Positions 27,829-36,719 of a stretch of DNA of 55,396 nucleotides are shown piece after piece. This DNA is from Sphingomonadaceae bacterium (lineage in GTDB: Bacteria; Chloroflexota; UBA6077): contig JBLNDL010000077.1 of assembly GCA_050261575.1 (NCBI GenBank), positions 1 to 55,396 of the forward strand. Reading direction: 5' to 3'. Under the pieces are notes generated by a model. It ran no database searches. It saw nothing but the letters and a program-made list of their open reading frames with translations, and was not told where the DNA came from. Numbering within the stretch: position 1 is the first letter of the stretch; each line of letters opens with the position of its first letter. The position numbers and the translations under genes are program-made.

Positions 27829-28668
27829 GTGGCAAAGGTACGGATCGTCACCGATAGCACCGCCGACATGGACGACGGCGACGTAGAGAGGCTGGGGATC
27901 TCAGTAGTACCGCTCAACGTCCACTGGAACGAGAAGACCTATCGAGACAAGGTGGATCTCACCATCGACGAGTTCTACCAGAAGCTCCGGGAGGAGAAGG
28001 GGGCGCCCAGAACCTCTCAGCCTTCGGTGGGGCAGTTCGAGGAGCTGTATCGGGAGTTGCTTGCGGAGGCGGATTCTATCGTCTCCATCCACATCTCCAG
28101 CAAGATCAGCGGGACCTGCAACGCCGCGCAGGTGGCGGCGCAGCACGTGGCGCCGGAACGGATCGCGGTGGTCGACTCGCGGATACTGTGCTACTCCCTG
28201 GGTGTGCTGGCGACGCGCACCGCACAGATGGCTCAGGGAGGTGCGTCACTTCCCGAGTGTGTGGCCTACGCCGAGGCGCTGGTGCCGAGGCTGAGGCTGT
28301 TCGCTGCCGCGGATACCCTGGAGTACCTGCGTAGGGGTGGGAGACTGACCCGCGCGCAGGCATTTGCCGGGACTCTGCTATCCATCAAGCCCCTGATCCA
28401 GTTGGTGGATGGGGAGATCATCCCGGCCGAGAGGGTCCGCACCCGCGCCGCCGCGATCAAGAAGATGGCGGAGTTGGTCATCGGCCTGGGTTCGCTGGAG
28501 GAAGCGGCGGTCTTGTACGCGGACGACCCCGAGCCCGCTGAACAGCTCTATCGGATGCTTCGGGGCGCCTATCCGGAGCTTCCCATCAGAAGAGGGAGGA
28601 CCGGCGCCGTCGTCGGGGCACACAACGGCCCAGGCCTGTACGGCGTCTACGCCCTGCTGGCGGAGTAG
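27829..28668 (+). CDS. DegV-family fatty acid-binding protein (FakB-like) 2
   Basis: IVTDSTAD, TSQPS, ISSKISGT, LRRGGRL, GAHNGPG. Confidence 0.93.
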   Translation: MAKVRIVTDSTADMDDGDVERLGISVVPLNVHWNEKTYRDKVDLTIDEFYQKLREEKGAPRTSQPSVGQFEELYRELLAEADSIVSIHISSKISGTCNAAQVAAQHVAPERIAVVDSRILCYSLGVLATRTAQMAQGGASLPECVAYAEALVPRLRLFAAADTLEYLRRGGRLTRAQAFAGTLLSIKPLIQLVDGEIIPAERVRTRAAAIKKMAELVIGLGSLEEAAVLYADDPEPAEQLYRMLRGAYPELPIRRGRTGAVVGAHNGPGLYGVYALLAE

Positions 28669-28698
28669 CCTCGCCGATCGGGGATGGCAGGAGGAGCC

Positions 28699-29538
28699 GT
28701 GATCAGGGTAAGGGTTGTTACCGATAGCACCGCCGACCTGGATCCTGAAGAGGCCGACCGACTGGGGATAACGATGGTCCCCTTGAGGATCAGCTGGAAC
28801 GGAGAGAGCTTCCGGGACAAGGTCGATCTATCCATCGGCGACTTCTATCGCAAGCTCAAGGAGGAGCAAGGCGTACCCAGAAGCTCCCAGCCTCCCGTGG
28901 GTGAGTTCGAGGATGTGTACCGCCGACTGTTGGAGGAGTGCGAGGGCATCGTCTCCATCCACCTGTCTGGGGGGCTGAGCGGGACGGTGAACGCTGCCCG
29001 AACGGCCGCGCTGGCTGTGGCGCCGGAGTCGATCGCCGTTCTGGACAGCCGCTCCATCAGCTTTGCCACTGGCGTGGTGGCGCTGAGGGTTGCCCGGCTG
29101 GCGGAGCGGGGGGCCTCTCTTGCTGAGTGCGTCGCCCTCGCTGAGGATCTCATCCCCCGACTCCGGTTATACTGCATCCTGGATACCCTGGAGTACCTGC
29201 GCCGGGGTGGCCGGATCGGCCGCGCGCAGGCCATCGCCGGCTCCCTTCTCTCCATCAAGCCTATCGTCTACCTCGACGATGGGCTGGTCGAGCCTGCCGA
29301 GCGTGTGCGCACGATGGGCGCGGCCGTCAGACGCACGGCCGAGTTAGTCGATGCGCAGGGTCCCCTGGAGGAACTGGCCGTGCTGTACGGTGACGATCCC
29401 ACCTGGGCAGAGAAGCTGCGGGACATGCTGCAGCGGTCTCACCCGGACCTGGAAGTGAAGTTCGGCAGAACCGGCTCGACCGTCGGGACGCACACGGGCC
29501 CCGGCGTGCTGGGGGCCGTGTTTGTGCTGGCGAAGTGA
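28699..29538 (+). CDS. DegV-family fatty acid-binding protein (FakB-like) 3
   Basis: VVTDSTAD, SSQPP, LSGGLSGT, LRRGGRIG, GTHTGPG; start 28684 or 28699. Confidence 0.93.
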   Translation: MIRVRVVTDSTADLDPEEADRLGITMVPLRISWNGESFRDKVDLSIGDFYRKLKEEQGVPRSSQPPVGEFEDVYRRLLEECEGIVSIHLSGGLSGTVNAARTAALAVAPESIAVLDSRSISFATGVVALRVARLAERGASLAECVALAEDLIPRLRLYCILDTLEYLRRGGRIGRAQAIAGSLLSIKPIVYLDDGLVEPAERVRTMGAAVRRTAELVDAQGPLEELAVLYGDDPTWAEKLRDMLQRSHPDLEVKFGRTGSTVGTHTGPGVLGAVFVLAK

Positions 29539-29592
29539 GAGGCTGGCTGGGGACCTCGCCGGCCTGGGGCTGATTGCGGATGGTTGCTGTCG

Positions 29593-32184
29593 ATGGCTAA
29601 CTCTCGGGCATCGGGTCCGATGTGGAAGGGGCGAGACGAGCTGCTGAAGCTGTGGTCGACCGCCCAGAAGATCCTGAGCCAGGAGTTGCGCATCGGATGC
29701 GCTGACCGCACGGTGTACGGGGGACTGGAGAAGTTCCTCGCCAACTGGTCGGCCTCCCTCTCCTCGCTGGAGACCTCCTATCCCACCTGGCCCGAGGCGA
29801 GGCACGTGACGGGGCTTCTGCAGGCTTACGGGCAACGGAGCCCCGAGGAACGGGCAGAGCGGGTGCGGGGCGCCCTGGATCTGATAGCCGAGGTGCTCCA
29901 TCGGGTCTCCACGCTCTCTGCACCCAGCGAAAGCGCGCGGGCGCTGTCGGTTGCCGATGAGGCGGCAGGGCTGTCGCCCCGTCGGCGTGCCGGGTTGCCC
30001 GTCGATGCGCCTCCCAAGTCGAGAGGCAGAGGCGAGGCATCCACCGCCTCCCCATCTCCCGCATCTCGCGTCCTCGGGTCTGCCCGCCCCCGCGCGCCTC
30101 GGACTGCCAACCTGGCGCTGGATGATCCCATCCTGGCCGTGAAGGGCGTCGGCAAACAGCGGGCCTCGCTGCTGGCGAAGCTGGGCATCCAGCGTATCAG
30201 GGACCTCCTCCTGCACTTCCCCAGGGACTACCGCGATTTCCGCCCCGTCAAACGGATCGCCGAGCTCATGTACGGCGAAACCGCCAGCATCGTGGGGGTG
30301 GTGGAGGACGTTCAGGTGGTGCCCGGGCCCCACAAGCGGGTGCGAACGACGCTGAAGGTCAGAGACGACAGCGGAAGGATCGCCGCCACCTGGTTCCGAT
30401 ACGGTTACGCAGGGATGCGACTTGCCCCCAACAGCCGCATTGCCCTTGCAGGCACCACGTCCGGTTACGGGGGATACCTCTCCTTCGAGAGCCCCGATTG
30501 GGAGCCCGCGGATCGGCCGCCCCTCCACACTCGGCGCCTGGTGCCGGTGTACCCCCTCACGGAAGGAGTCTCCGACTATTGGCTCCGGGAGTTGATGGCG
30601 GAGGTCGTGCCGTCCTACGCCCCCCGGTTGGAGGAGTACCTGCCGGAGTGGCTCATCCGAAAGTACGGGCTGGCCTCACTGCCGGAAGCGGTGGCGCGGG
30701 TGCACTTCCCCAACAGCCAAGAGGAGCTGGACGAGGCCAAGGGCCGCTTGGCGTTCGACGAGCTGTTCCTGGTGCAGGTGGCCGCGCTGAAGAGTCGGGC
30801 CGAGTGGCAATCGGGCTCCGGCGCGCCGGGCTTGAGGCTGGGGGACGACCTCCTGGAGGGTTTCCTGGGCAGCCAGCCGTTCGCCCTGACCGGTGCCCAG
30901 CGGCGGGTGGTAGGGGAGATTCTGGCGGATCTGGGGCACTCCCGTCCCATGACGCGGCTGCTCCAGGGGGAGGTGGGATCGGGAAAGACTATCGTCGCCG
31001 CCGTCGCCATGCTTGCTGCCGTGGCCGGCGGGTACCAGGTGGCGTTGATGGCCCCCACGGAGATCCTGGCCGAGCAGCACGCGCGCACGCTGTCGGAGGC
31101 CTTCGGAAGAGGGGCGGAGGCCCTGTTGCGTGCCCTCGGACGTCCGCTGCGGCTGGAGCTGCTGACTGGTGCGTCGCGTAAGGCCGAGAGGGAGCGGGTG
31201 TATCGGGGGGTGGCCGACGGTGAGGTGGACGTGCTGGTGGGGACTCAGGCCATCATCCAGGAGGGGCTGGGCTTCCGCCGTCTGGGGCTGGCAGTGATCG
31301 ACGAGCAGCACCGCTTCGGGGTTGCCCAGAGGAGCGCCTTGCGGGAGAAAGGCGGCACGCCCCACCTGCTGGTGATGACCGCCACCCCCATTCCCCGCAC
31401 GATGGCCCTGGTGATCTACGGGGACCTGGATCTCTCGGTGATCGACGAGCTTCCGCCGGGGAGACAGCCGGTAAGGACCCATCTGCTGAGGGCTCCGGAG
31501 CGGAAGCACGCCTACGAGCGCATCCGGAGAGAGGTGGAGAAGGGGCGGCAGGCATTCATCATTTGCCCACTGGTGGAAGACAGCCCCCATTTGGAGGTTC
31601 GGGCTGCCACTGGCGAGTACGAGCGGCTGCAGCGAGGCGAGCTGTCTGGCCTCCGGCTGGCGCTTCTCCACGGACGGATGCGCCCGGCCGAGAAGGACCG
31701 GATCATGCTGGATTTCCGCAACGGCGATTACGACGTGCTGGTATCCACCTCGGTGGTGGAGGTTGGGATAGACGTGCCCAACGCGACTGTGATGCTGGTG
31801 GAGGGGGCGGACCGCTTCGGCTTGGCGCAACTGCATCAGTTTCGAGGGCGGGTGGGCAGAGGACAGTATCCATCCGACTGCATTCTCCTGACGGATGCCA
31901 GCGACCCCGAGGTGCTGGATCGGCTTCAGATGGTGGCCGCGGTCTCAGATGGCTTCAAGCTGGCCGACGAGGACTTGAGGTTGCGGGGCCCGGGGGAGTA
32001 CTTCGGGCTGAGGCAGAGCGGCTTCCCGGACTTCCGCATGGCGGACCTGCGGGACCTCCGGTTGATAGAGCGGGCGCGCGAGGCTGCCACGGAGCTGCTG
32101 GGGCGTGATCCCGAGCTGTCTCGGCCGGAGCATCGGGCGCTGGCGCAGAAGGTGGAGGATCTCAGGATGGCGGGGAGTTCGTGA
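29593..32184 (+). CDS. recG: ATP-dependent DNA helicase RecG with N-terminal extension
   Basis: LQGEVGSGKT, DEQHRFG, MTATPIPRT, LHQFRGRVGRG, RGPGE..G..QSG; start uncertain. Confidence 0.95.
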   Translation: MANSRASGPMWKGRDELLKLWSTAQKILSQELRIGCADRTVYGGLEKFLANWSASLSSLETSYPTWPEARHVTGLLQAYGQRSPEERAERVRGALDLIAEVLHRVSTLSAPSESARALSVADEAAGLSPRRRAGLPVDAPPKSRGRGEASTASPSPASRVLGSARPRAPRTANLALDDPILAVKGVGKQRASLLAKLGIQRIRDLLLHFPRDYRDFRPVKRIAELMYGETASIVGVVEDVQVVPGPHKRVRTTLKVRDDSGRIAATWFRYGYAGMRLAPNSRIALAGTTSGYGGYLSFESPDWEPADRPPLHTRRLVPVYPLTEGVSDYWLRELMAEVVPSYAPRLEEYLPEWLIRKYGLASLPEAVARVHFPNSQEELDEAKGRLAFDELFLVQVAALKSRAEWQSGSGAPGLRLGDDLLEGFLGSQPFALTGAQRRVVGEILADLGHSRPMTRLLQGEVGSGKTIVAAVAMLAAVAGGYQVALMAPTEILAEQHARTLSEAFGRGAEALLRALGRPLRLELLTGASRKAERERVYRGVADGEVDVLVGTQAIIQEGLGFRRLGLAVIDEQHRFGVAQRSALREKGGTPHLLVMTATPIPRTMALVIYGDLDLSVIDELPPGRQPVRTHLLRAPERKHAYERIRREVEKGRQAFIICPLVEDSPHLEVRAATGEYERLQRGELSGLRLALLHGRMRPAEKDRIMLDFRNGDYDVLVSTSVVEVGIDVPNATVMLVEGADRFGLAQLHQFRGRVGRGQYPSDCILLTDASDPEVLDRLQMVAAVSDGFKLADEDLRLRGPGEYFGLRQSGFPDFRMADLRDLRLIERAREAATELLGRDPELSRPEHRALAQKVEDLRMAGSS

Positions 32185-32188
32185 GTAG

Positions 32189-32803
32189 ATGAGGGTGATC
32201 GCGGGTATCGCCAGGGGACATCCCCTCAGGAGCATCGAGAGCCCGAAGGTGCGGCCGACCGCGGACAAGGTGAAGGGTGCCATCTTCTCCATGCTGGAGT
32301 CCATCGCCTACAAACGAGGACTGGTGGAGCCAGGCTACCTGGCGAGGGTGGAGGAAGGGGAGCTGGCCTTCCCGTGGCGCACCGTGCTGGATCTCTACGC
32401 CGGGAGCGGGGCACTGGGGATCGAGGCTCTGAGCCGGGGCGCGGCGATGGCGGATTTCGTGGAGGCCGATCCCCGGGCGAGGGAGGCGATCGTCGAGAAC
32501 CTGAGGCGGACCGGGCTGGCATCGCGCGCCCGAGTCCACGGGATGAGGGCGGAAGCGGCCATCTCGACATTTAAGCACCCCTATGATTTAATACTGATGG
32601 ATCCCCCCTACGATGATCCCGCCGCCGAGACGGTCTTCACTCTGCTATGCGAGTCAGCGCTAGTTGGGCCATCCACCTACCTGGTGCTGGAGCACTCCAG
32701 GCAGCGTACTGTACCTTCCAGGTGTGGGCCGCTGACTCTGATCAAGTCGCGGTATCATGGGAGGACCGGCATCAGCATCTATGCTGCTGGCCAACAGGAG
32801 TGA
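32189..32803 (+). CDS. rsmD: 16S rRNA m2G966 methyltransferase RsmD
   Basis: MRVIAG, RPTADKVK, LDLYAGSGALGIEALSRG, DPPY. Confidence 0.93.
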   Translation: MRVIAGIARGHPLRSIESPKVRPTADKVKGAIFSMLESIAYKRGLVEPGYLARVEEGELAFPWRTVLDLYAGSGALGIEALSRGAAMADFVEADPRAREAIVENLRRTGLASRARVHGMRAEAAISTFKHPYDLILMDPPYDDPAAETVFTLLCESALVGPSTYLVLEHSRQRTVPSRCGPLTLIKSRYHGRTGISIYAAGQQE

Positions 32804-32806
32804 GAC

Positions 32807-33328
32807 TTGCGAGTTGCCATTTATCCTGGTACCTTCGATCCCTTCCACAATGGCCATCTAGACATAGCGCGGCGGGCATCGAGGCTGTTCGACAAGCTGA
32901 TAGTGGCGGTGTACGAGCACCCCGAGAAGAACGCCCTGTTCTCCGCGAGGGAGCGACTGGAGATCGCGCGAAAGTCATGCGAATCCATCTCGAACGTGGA
33001 GGTGGAGAGCTTCTCCGGTCTCGCAGTGGAGTACGCCAGGACGAAGAATGCCTGCGCACTGGTGCGGGGGCTGAGGGCCATCTCCGACTTCGAGTTCGAG
33101 TTCGAGATTGCCCACATGAACCGGAAGCTGAATCCAGACATAGAGGCCACGTTCATGATGACCAGTCTCCCGTACGCCTTCCTGCGCTCGAGCATAGTCA
33201 AGGAGATCGCCAAGCTCGGCGGGTCGCTGGAAGGGCTGGTCCCCCGGCACGTGGAGGCCGCGCTGCGGCGGAAGTATGAGGCGCGTGCCCGGGCTGGAGG
33301 GCTGCCGACCAGCAGCCTGGTGCCTTGA
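32807..33328 (+). CDS. coaD: Pantetheine-phosphate adenylyltransferase
   Basis: YPGTFDPFHNGHLDI, RGLRAISDFE, SSIVKE. Confidence 0.96.
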   Translation: MRVAIYPGTFDPFHNGHLDIARRASRLFDKLIVAVYEHPEKNALFSARERLEIARKSCESISNVEVESFSGLAVEYARTKNACALVRGLRAISDFEFEFEIAHMNRKLNPDIEATFMMTSLPYAFLRSSIVKEIAKLGGSLEGLVPRHVEAALRRKYEARARAGGLPTSSLVP

Positions 33329-33330
33329 GC

Positions 33331-33393
33331 GAGGACTGGGGCCCGAGGACAGAGGGCTGAGTTGGATTCCCTCAGCCCTCTGTCCTTCGTCCT
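33331..33393. repeat. Inverted heptamer array forming a perfect 16-bp stem
   Basis: gaggact ggggccc gaggaca gagggct ... ctcagcc ctctgtc cttcgtc; 33346-33361 pairs with 33371-33386. Confidence 0.65.
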
Positions 33394-33428
33394 GTCGACG
33401 GCGGTGGCGGGGATTAGAGGTGACCAAG

Positions 33429-33929
33429 ATGGACATCATGTATCTGCTGGACCGACTGGAGACAGTGCTCACCACCGGCTCCCGCATCCCCCTCAGCGGG
33501 AAGACCGTGGTGGACGAGCACGAGTGTCTCGACATAATCGACCAGATGCGGGTAGCTATCCCCGAGGAGGTCAAGCAGGCCAAGAAGATGCAGGGGGAGC
33601 GAGAGCGGCTGCTCCAGGAGGCTGAGGAGCGCGCATCGCGGATCGTGGCTCACGCTCAGGAGCAGGCCTCCAGCATGGCCCAGCAGCACGAGATAGTGAG
33701 GGTGGCGGAGGCAAAGGCCAGGCGGATCCTGGAGGAGGCCGAGGCGGAAGCTCGCGAGCGGCGCGAGGGCGCCGACCGGTACGCCGCAGAGTCGTTGGCG
33801 GAACTGGAAAGCCGATTGACCGAGTTGCTGGGCATAGTCAGAAACGGCATCCGGGCTTTGGATCGCGAGGAGTGGAGGAACGGCCGCAAGGTCGATAGCA
33901 GGGAGCAGACGGCGAAGACCGAACTGTAG
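33429..33929 (+). CDS. Coiled-coil protein (DivIVA/SepIVA-like, ATP synthase b-like) conserved between coaD and yceD
   Basis: LLDRLE..RIPLSGK..IPEEVKQA then AEERA/AEAEA repeats and GADRYA; conserved synteny. Confidence 0.8.
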   Translation: MDIMYLLDRLETVLTTGSRIPLSGKTVVDEHECLDIIDQMRVAIPEEVKQAKKMQGERERLLQEAEERASRIVAHAQEQASSMAQQHEIVRVAEAKARRILEEAEAEARERREGADRYAAESLAELESRLTELLGIVRNGIRALDREEWRNGRKVDSREQTAKTEL

Positions 33930-33989
33930 GATCCCCCAGTGGACGCCGTCGGCTGGTCCCACTGGATCGCCGCCGGGGCCAGCGGTTTC

Positions 33990-34018
33990 TTGACGCTTAG
34001 AGCGGGCGACCGTATAAT
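33990..34018 (+). promoter_or_regulatory. sigma70-type promoter for the yceD-rpmF-fab operon
   Basis: TTGACG-N17-TATAAT. Confidence 0.75.
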
Positions 34019-34139
34019 TATCCAGGGCTCGCCGACGGCGGCCTTCTTATTATGCGCGACGTTCTTGGATGGCGCTCTATCGGGACACCCACCGAGGGAC
34101 ACAGGTCAAGGGCGGATCGAAACACGGATGTGATTCGCT

Positions 34140-34700
34140 GTGATTGCATTCAACGTAGCTCAATTGCTCAAGGCCGACACCGGTACCGTCAGGCGAGTGG
34201 AGGTCAACGAGCTGGATCCGGATCTGGCAGCCGACCTGCACTTCGTCTCACCGACCGTTGGATCGCTACGACTCATGCGGACGTCCGCCGGAATCCTGGT
34301 CACCGGGAAGCTGACTCAGCGCGTGGAGGCGACCTGTTCCCGTTGCCTCGAGACCTTCGTGAGGGAGCAGACCATCGAGATCGACGACGAGTTCGTCCCG
34401 GTGGTCGACGTCAACACCGGCCTCGGGCTGCCAGAGCCCAGTGACATCGATGCATTCAGGGTGACCTCTGATCATGTGTTGGACCTGCGCGAGGCGATAA
34501 GACAGTACGCGATAGTGGAGAGCCCGCTTCAGCCCCTTTGTGATGAGGGTTGCAGGGGCCTCTGCCCCAGTTGCGGAGCCAATCTCAACCTGGGCGCGTG
34601 TGGTTGCCAACCGGTGCCTGCGGCGCCCCCCAAGGGAAGCCTGGGGGCGTTGCTGTTGGAGCGGTTGCGCGAGGCGGGATTCAAGCCAGAACAGGAGTAG
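34140..34700 (+). CDS. yceD: YceD/DUF177-family protein
   Basis: CSRCL and LCDEGCRGLCPSCGANLN; immediately upstream of rpmF. Confidence 0.92.
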   Translation: MIAFNVAQLLKADTGTVRRVEVNELDPDLAADLHFVSPTVGSLRLMRTSAGILVTGKLTQRVEATCSRCLETFVREQTIEIDDEFVPVVDVNTGLGLPEPSDIDAFRVTSDHVLDLREAIRQYAIVESPLQPLCDEGCRGLCPSCGANLNLGACGCQPVPAAPPKGSLGALLLERLREAGFKPEQE

Positions 34701-34706
34701 ACTGAA

Positions 34707-34904
34707 TTGGGTGCTCTACCTAAGAAGAAGATCTCTCATTCGGCTCAGGGCAAGCGAAGGAGCCATCTGGGCATCGAGATGCCCAGCCTGATGGCGTGCC
34801 CTCAGTGCCACGAGTTGAAGCTGCCCCACCACGTGTGCCCCAACTGCGGCACCTACAAGGGCGAGCAGGTTCTCCAGGTCAAACCAAGGAAGAGCGAGGG
34901 CTAG
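34707..34904 (+). CDS. rpmF: 50S ribosomal protein L32
   Basis: ALPKKKIS..RRSH..CPQC..HHVCPNCGTYKG. Confidence 0.96.
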   Translation: MGALPKKKISHSAQGKRRSHLGIEMPSLMACPQCHELKLPHHVCPNCGTYKGEQVLQVKPRKSEG

Positions 34905-34907
34905 AAG

Positions 34908-35876
34908 CTGGCTCGGAAAGTCGCTTTCGTTTTCCCTGGGCAGGGTGCCCAGCGAGTTGGGATGGGGGCGAGCCTCTGGCAGTGCAGTTCGGCGGCGAAG
35001 AGTGTCTTCTCCGAGGCCGACCGTGCCACTGGCATGCCTCTGACCCAGGTGTGCTTCGAGGGGCCCGCCGAGCGGCTTACCGACACGGCGCAGGCCCAAC
35101 CGGGTGTGGTTGCCGTAAGCCTGGCGGCCGCCGGGGCGCTGAGAGAGTCGCTCGACCGCGAAGGAGTGCAGTTCGAACCCGTCGTCTGCGCCGGCCACAG
35201 CGTTGGGGAACTGGCGGCGCTGGCCTTTGCGGGGGCGGTGTCGTTGGGCGATGGCCTCCGGCTCGTGGCTGCCCGTGGCAGGTTGATGGCCGAGGCGTCG
35301 GCGGTCGCCGATGGCTCCATGGCCGCGGTTCTCGGTCTGGACGAGGCCGCGCTAGTCGACGTGTGTGCCAGGGCCACCGCTGAGGTGGGCACCACTGTGC
35401 AGGTGGCGAACCTGAACGCCCCCGGCCAGGTGGTTATCTCGGGCAACAGGCGGGCTTTGGCGCGCGCGGGCGAACTGGCGCGGGCGGCAGGAGCTCGTAG
35501 GATCGTCGAGTTGGACGTGAGTGGCCCCTTCCACTCTGTCTACATGCAGCCAGCCGCCGACAGCTTCGGGCCCATCGTGGCGGCAACGTCGATCGTATCC
35601 CCCGGCGTTCCTATCGTTCTCAATGTGACAGCCGAGCCATCCGATGATCCGGAGGAGATCCGGCGCGAGTTGGTGGTGCAGGTGACCCAACCGGTTCGAT
35701 GGTCGGATTCCGTGAAGGCCATGGTGGACATGGGGTGCGACGTCTTCGTCGAGCTGGGGCCCGGCCAGGTCCTGAGCGGCCTGATCAGAAGGATCGCGAA
35801 AGAGGCCCTCGTCTTGAACGTGGAGGATGAGGACAGCCTGCGCGCCGCATCCGAAAAGCTTGGCCAGCTACTGTAA
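34908..35876 (+). CDS. fabD: Malonyl-CoA:ACP transacylase, probable CTG start
   Basis: AFVFPGQGAQ lies upstream of the first ATG (34962); GHSVGE, NAPGQ, SGPFHS, PVRW, ELGPG. Confidence 0.93.
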   Translation: MARKVAFVFPGQGAQRVGMGASLWQCSSAAKSVFSEADRATGMPLTQVCFEGPAERLTDTAQAQPGVVAVSLAAAGALRESLDREGVQFEPVVCAGHSVGELAALAFAGAVSLGDGLRLVAARGRLMAEASAVADGSMAAVLGLDEAALVDVCARATAEVGTTVQVANLNAPGQVVISGNRRALARAGELARAAGARRIVELDVSGPFHSVYMQPAADSFGPIVAATSIVSPGVPIVLNVTAEPSDDPEEIRRELVVQVTQPVRWSDSVKAMVDMGCDVFVELGPGQVLSGLIRRIAKEALVLNVEDEDSLRAASEKLGQLL

Positions 35877-35972
35877 CTGCATGGCGCCATCCTCGTCCCG
35901 TGAACGTGCTCTCGGCGCCTTCACGCCTCTCCCGTAGCGGGTGAGCGCATTCACCTCCCCAAGGAGTTGCCC

Positions 35973-36719
35973 ATGGAAGACTCTAGCAAGGTTGCCCTTG
36001 TGACCGGTGGCTCGCGAGGTATAGGCAGGGCCGTGGCCCTGCGCTTGTCCCGCGAGGGGGTGGCCGTTGTGGTGAACTACGTTTCCAGCGAGGCCGCCGC
36101 CCGAGAGGTCGTGGATGTGGTGACGTCCCAGGGTGGGAGGGCCTTGGCGGTTCGAGCCAACGTGGCGGTCGCAGCGGAGGCCGAGGCTATGGTGGAGCGG
36201 GTGGTGGGCGAGTTCGGCAGGCTCGACATCCTGGTGAACAACGCTGGGATCACCCGAGACGGCCTGCTGATGCGAATGGCTGAGCAGGACTGGGACGCAG
36301 TGTTGGACACCAACCTCAAGGGGGCCTACGCCTGCACCAAGGCCGCGCTGCGCTCCATGATGAAGCGTCGGTACGGCCGCATCGTCAACGTCAGCTCCGT
36401 GGCCGGCCTCATGGGCAACGCGGGCCAGGCGAACTACTCTGCCTCGAAGGCGGGGCTGCTCGGCTTCACCCGTGCCGTGGCGCGGGAGGTCGCCAGTCGG
36501 GGGATCACTGTCAACGCAGTCGCCCCGGGCTATATCGAGACCGAGATCTGGAACGGGGTTCCAGAGTCAGCCAGAAATGGCCTTCTGCAACTGATCCCCC
36601 TGGGTAGGCCCGGCACTCCCGAAGAGGTTGCCGAGGTGGTCGCCTTTCTCGCCTCGGATTCCGCCCGATACGTCACTGGGCAGGTGGTGGCCGTGGACGG
36701 CGGGATGGTGATGAGCTAG
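35973..36719 (+). CDS. fabG: 3-oxoacyl-ACP reductase
   Basis: TGGSRGIG, NNAGITRD, YSASK, VAPGYI. Confidence 0.95.
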   Translation: MEDSSKVALVTGGSRGIGRAVALRLSREGVAVVVNYVSSEAAAREVVDVVTSQGGRALAVRANVAVAAEAEAMVERVVGEFGRLDILVNNAGITRDGLLMRMAEQDWDAVLDTNLKGAYACTKAALRSMMKRRYGRIVNVSSVAGLMGNAGQANYSASKAGLLGFTRAVAREVASRGITVNAVAPGYIETEIWNGVPESARNGLLQLIPLGRPGTPEEVAEVVAFLASDSARYVTGQVVAVDGGMVMS

